Origin: Lama glama
Taxonomy: Eukaryota
Assembly (NCBI GenBank): GCA_028534125.1
Contig: CM052816.1
Coordinates: 21,454,001-21,518,000 of the forward strand
Length of the DNA stretch: 64,000 nt
Direction: 5' to 3'
Position 1 is the first letter of the stretch. Every line of letters starts with the position of its first letter. Positions 60,237 to 64,000 of the stretch are shown here, piece by piece. The notes beneath the pieces are model-generated. The model did not search any database. It was not told the DNA's origin and was given only the letters and a program-made list of their open reading frames with translations. Made by a program: the position numbers and the translations under genes.

Positions 60237-62189
60237 TAAACTTGTTTCTTGTACCAACTCTCAAAATTGTTTTAATATTTCAAAATAAATGAAAGCTTCT
60301 GAGAAGGCTTAGTCCAATATAACAGCTTCCGCATCAGAGTGGAGGATGATTCAGAGGGTCTGTCCAACCTCTGCTGTTGCTGCCACAGACTGTGTACAGA
60401 TTTTATAGAAAGGGGACCTTGAGTAAAATCTGGAATAGCTCTTTTTTGCCAAGATCACTGTGAGGTATTATTTGCTTTGGCCTCAGAACATCAGAGTATG
60501 ACCCAAGAGTGAAGGAACAGGAGTCTATTCACCTCACCAGACAACATCCCAAGTGGCATGTCATCATCATGCATTTTAAGTGCAGTAGAGCAGCTGCAGT
60601 TGAGCATGGTGTGACAGGACTTCAGTTGTCAGTGGTAGGCAGCACTTTTGTGCTGTTCTCTAGGTGTCCACTGTAGATATATTTCAGAAAAAAAAGACAA
60701 ATCTATATTCATGAACCCAATTACCGGAGGTCTGACTTTGAAGGAGATTGGGTTGCACAAATAGAAGGGCCAAAGAAATCACATTTGTACTGTTATATGA
60801 TCCTACATTTTCACCCTAGTCTATTTTGGCCTGGACAGATAGATAACTAACCATGAAGAGAATAGGCCTTGAAGTATTCTGCAGACTAGAAGATTATATA
60901 ATCAAATATAATAATATGCTTTGAACAATTTTTTAAGAACATAGTTGTCCAGACTTTCCCTTTGAATGAGTGTAATTTCCAATTTGGCTTTAAGACATGA
61001 TGAGTTTTAAAATTCCATATAAATATTTATTCATTGCCACAAACTTGAGTGGAAATAGAAATGGAAACTTGTTCCCTTTAGGTATACCTATATAAAATGA
61101 GATGTGAAATAGGCTGCTTGCATTTTAAAGACTGGTTATCACATTTGAGAACTGATAGAAAAGACACTGGTGACAGCTAATGTTAGAAATACAGGTTTTC
61201 CCAAAAGGCTGTTATGTATAAATGTGACATTGAAGGAAAATCGGGTCATTAATGTTGTTTACCTCTTTGTTCATTCAGCAAATATTTGAATAGGCTGTTA
61301 TGTGACCGGCACTGTTCTGGGTTCTGGGAACTGAGTAAAGAAACAAGATACCTGTTCTCATGGAGCTCACAATTTAGCTGGGCGCTGGTGACACTAACAA
61401 TAAACTTGTGAATATAAATATGAATTTCAAATAGTGTTAAGTACCAAGTAGAGATAAAGAGTGTGATAGTATAAAGAGTGACAGTCAGTAGGTGGCTACT
61501 TTAGATTGAATGGTGAGTGAATATTTTTCTGAGAAGGTATATGGATTGAGAAGGAATCTATCATGTGAAGAACTGGGAAGACAGTGTTCCAAGCAGAGAG
61601 CAGCAAGTGAGGTAAGGGCATGTGTTTGGGGTGCTCGAGCAACAGAGGGAAGACCAGTGTGACTGGAACATAGTGATCAAAGTGAATAGTGTTGGGACAT
61701 CAGGTTAGAGACATTGGCCAGGGGCCAGTTTATGTGAAGACCAGATCATCTAGTGCCCTACAGACAGTGACAAGGAGTTCAAATTTCATACTTTGTGCAA
61801 TGAGAAACCATCAGAGTATTTTTAATCAGAGAAAGGATAAGGTGTGATTTCTATCATTAAAAGAGTACTCTGGCTCCTATGTGGAGAACTGGCTGTGGAG
61901 CACAAGAACAAAAACAGGTCGACTGGCTAGGAATCTATTACAGCATCATAGGCAAGAGCATAGGATGGCCTGAAGTAGAGGAGTATCTGTGAACGAGATA
62001 AATGGATGGATTCAGAATACATTTTGGAAGCAAAAGGTAGCATGACTTACTATGGAATGTGGCATGAGAGAAGAAATTGAGGCCTTCTGGATTTTTGCCT
62101 TAAGCAACTTGGTGCCAGTTTTTTGGAATGAGGAAATTAGATGGGATGGTGGGTTTGGGAAATTAAGAGTTTTACTTTATTTAATTAAA

Positions 62190-63225
62190 TTTTTTTTTAC
62201 TACGGTAAAATACATAAAACATAAAATTTATCACCTTAACTGTGTATAAGGGTACAATTCAGTGGCATTAAGTACCTTCACATTTTTGTACAACCATCAC
62301 CATCATCTGTCTCTAAACTCTTTATCTTGCAAAACTGAAACTCTGTATCCATTAAACAATAACTGCCCAGTCTCCACTACCTCCAGCCCCTTGCAACCAC
62401 CCTTCTACTTTCTGTCTCTATGAATTTGACCCTTGTAGGCACCTTATATAAAATGGAATCATACAGTATTTGTCCTTTTGTGACTGCCTGTTTCAGTAAA
62501 CATAATGTCCTCAAGGTTTATCTGTGCTGTAGCATGTGTCAGAATTTTCTTCCTTTTTAAGGCTGAATTATATTCCACAGTTTGTTTTTCTATTCACCTG
62601 TCAATGGTCACTTGGGCTACTTCCATCTTTTGGGGTGAATAATGTGAACATAGGTGTATAAATATCTCTTCAAGTACCTGCTTTCAGTTCTTTGTGGTAT
62701 ATACTCAGAAATGGAATTCCTGGATTATATGGTAGTTCTATTTTTAATTTTTTGAGGAATTACCATATTGTTTTCCATAGGGACCACACCATTTTACATT
62801 TCCACCAAGAATGCACAAAGGTCCCAATTTCTCCAGAAACTCCCCAACACTTGTAATCTCTCTTTTTTAATAGTAGCCATCCTCAAGAGTGTGAGGTGAT
62901 ATCTCATTGTGGTTTTGATTTGTATTTTCCTGATGATTAGTTATGTTCAGCATCATTTCATTTGTATATTTTCTTAGAAGAAATGTCTATTCAAGTCCTT
63001 GGCCCATTTTAATTGGGTTGTTTGTTTTTTGTTGTTGTTGAGTTGTAGGAGTTCTTTTTATATTCTGGATATTAACCCCTTTTCAGACATACATGGTTTT
63101 CAAATATTTTCTCCCATTCCAGGATTTGCCTTTTTACTCTGTTGATCATGTCCTTTAATACACAGAAGTTTTAAGTTTCAAGGTAGTTCAATTTCATCTA
63201 TTTTTTCTTTTGTTGCCTGTGCAAA
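62190..63225 (-). mobile_element. L1M 3' end, antisense, inserted in an L2
   Basis: TACAATTCAGTGGCATTAAGTAC..TGGAATCATACAGTATTTGTCC..TCTCATTGTGGTTTTGATTTG. Confidence 0.88.
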
Positions 63226-64000
63226 AGAGTTTTATTTTAAATATAGAAATAAACTTATATTTAAATATATGAATATTCAAAACATATTTAAATAAAAGTT
63301 TGGCAACAGTTGGATATATGAGCTTGAAGGTCATAGGAGAGGACAGAATGACATATGAGAGTTATCCACATGTGAATGATATTTACAGCCACGGGTCTGG
63401 GCAAGATCACCCAGGAAAGAAGATACATGGGAACACAAAAATCTCCTTATGGGATATAGTCATACTGGATTAAGATTCAACAGAAGGCTTTGACTGAGTT
63501 AAATTTGGGTGATATAAATTATTGAAGATCTTCTCTTCTGAGCTAGATGTCAGGTTAGGATGGAAATTAGAAATTCCTGGCAAAGTGTCAATCCTCTCTG
63601 CTATTGTTTTATTATAGTAATATTACTAATAGTAACCCAAGACATCATTTAGTTCTCACAACAGCTCTATGAGATATTCTTATTGCCCTCACTTTACAGA
63701 TAAAGAAACCCGAGAGAAGTTACGTAATTTCCCCAGTTGCTATAGTTATTATGTAGCAGGACCAAATTAAAACTAGTTGGTCTGCTTCAAGCCTACATTA
63801 TTAATTATTAATCTCATTATTCTGAAAAATGAAATCTAGCCCTCGGCCCTTACCAACCGACTGCATTCAGTCTCCTTAGGTTTCATATCACCACAGTCAT
63901 GTCTTGCAGTGGTGAATAGTCCAAGAAAGATGGTGCTGATCCTGCCACCTTAGTTAGGCTGATCTGCAGTCTCCTCTTTTGAACACTCTGGGTCTTAACA

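Overview
Mammalian genomic DNA, probably from a camelid (there is a vic-1-like tRNA-Ala SINE, and I saw no Alu, PRE1 or Bov-A type SINEs). The window holds a complete, intact minus-strand SLC22A5 (OCTN2 carnitine transporter) gene: 10 coding exons from 58342 to 35950, 1674 nt, 557 aa, all introns GT-AG, C-terminus STAF. It has a CpG-island promoter, a DR1/PPRE in intron 1 and a polyA signal at about 34661. A second CpG island (about 26040-27000) carries clustered IRF elements and a strong minus-strand splice donor. Together with a well-formed exon at 14196-14311, and by synteny, this is most likely the 5' part of the IRF1-AS1/CARINH (C5orf56) lncRNA. The rest is intronic or intergenic DNA rich in L1, L2, MIR, LTR and hAT relics. 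I found no convincing new biological system. The best leads are a frameshifted remnant of the human OCTN2VT cassette exon (candidate poison exon), competing splice donors at exon 6, a fully open ATG-initiated exon in the lncRNA, a rearranged TSD-bounded L1 carrying a CTCF motif, and a start-stop uORF. Repeat family names and human comparisons are from memory, not from database searches.
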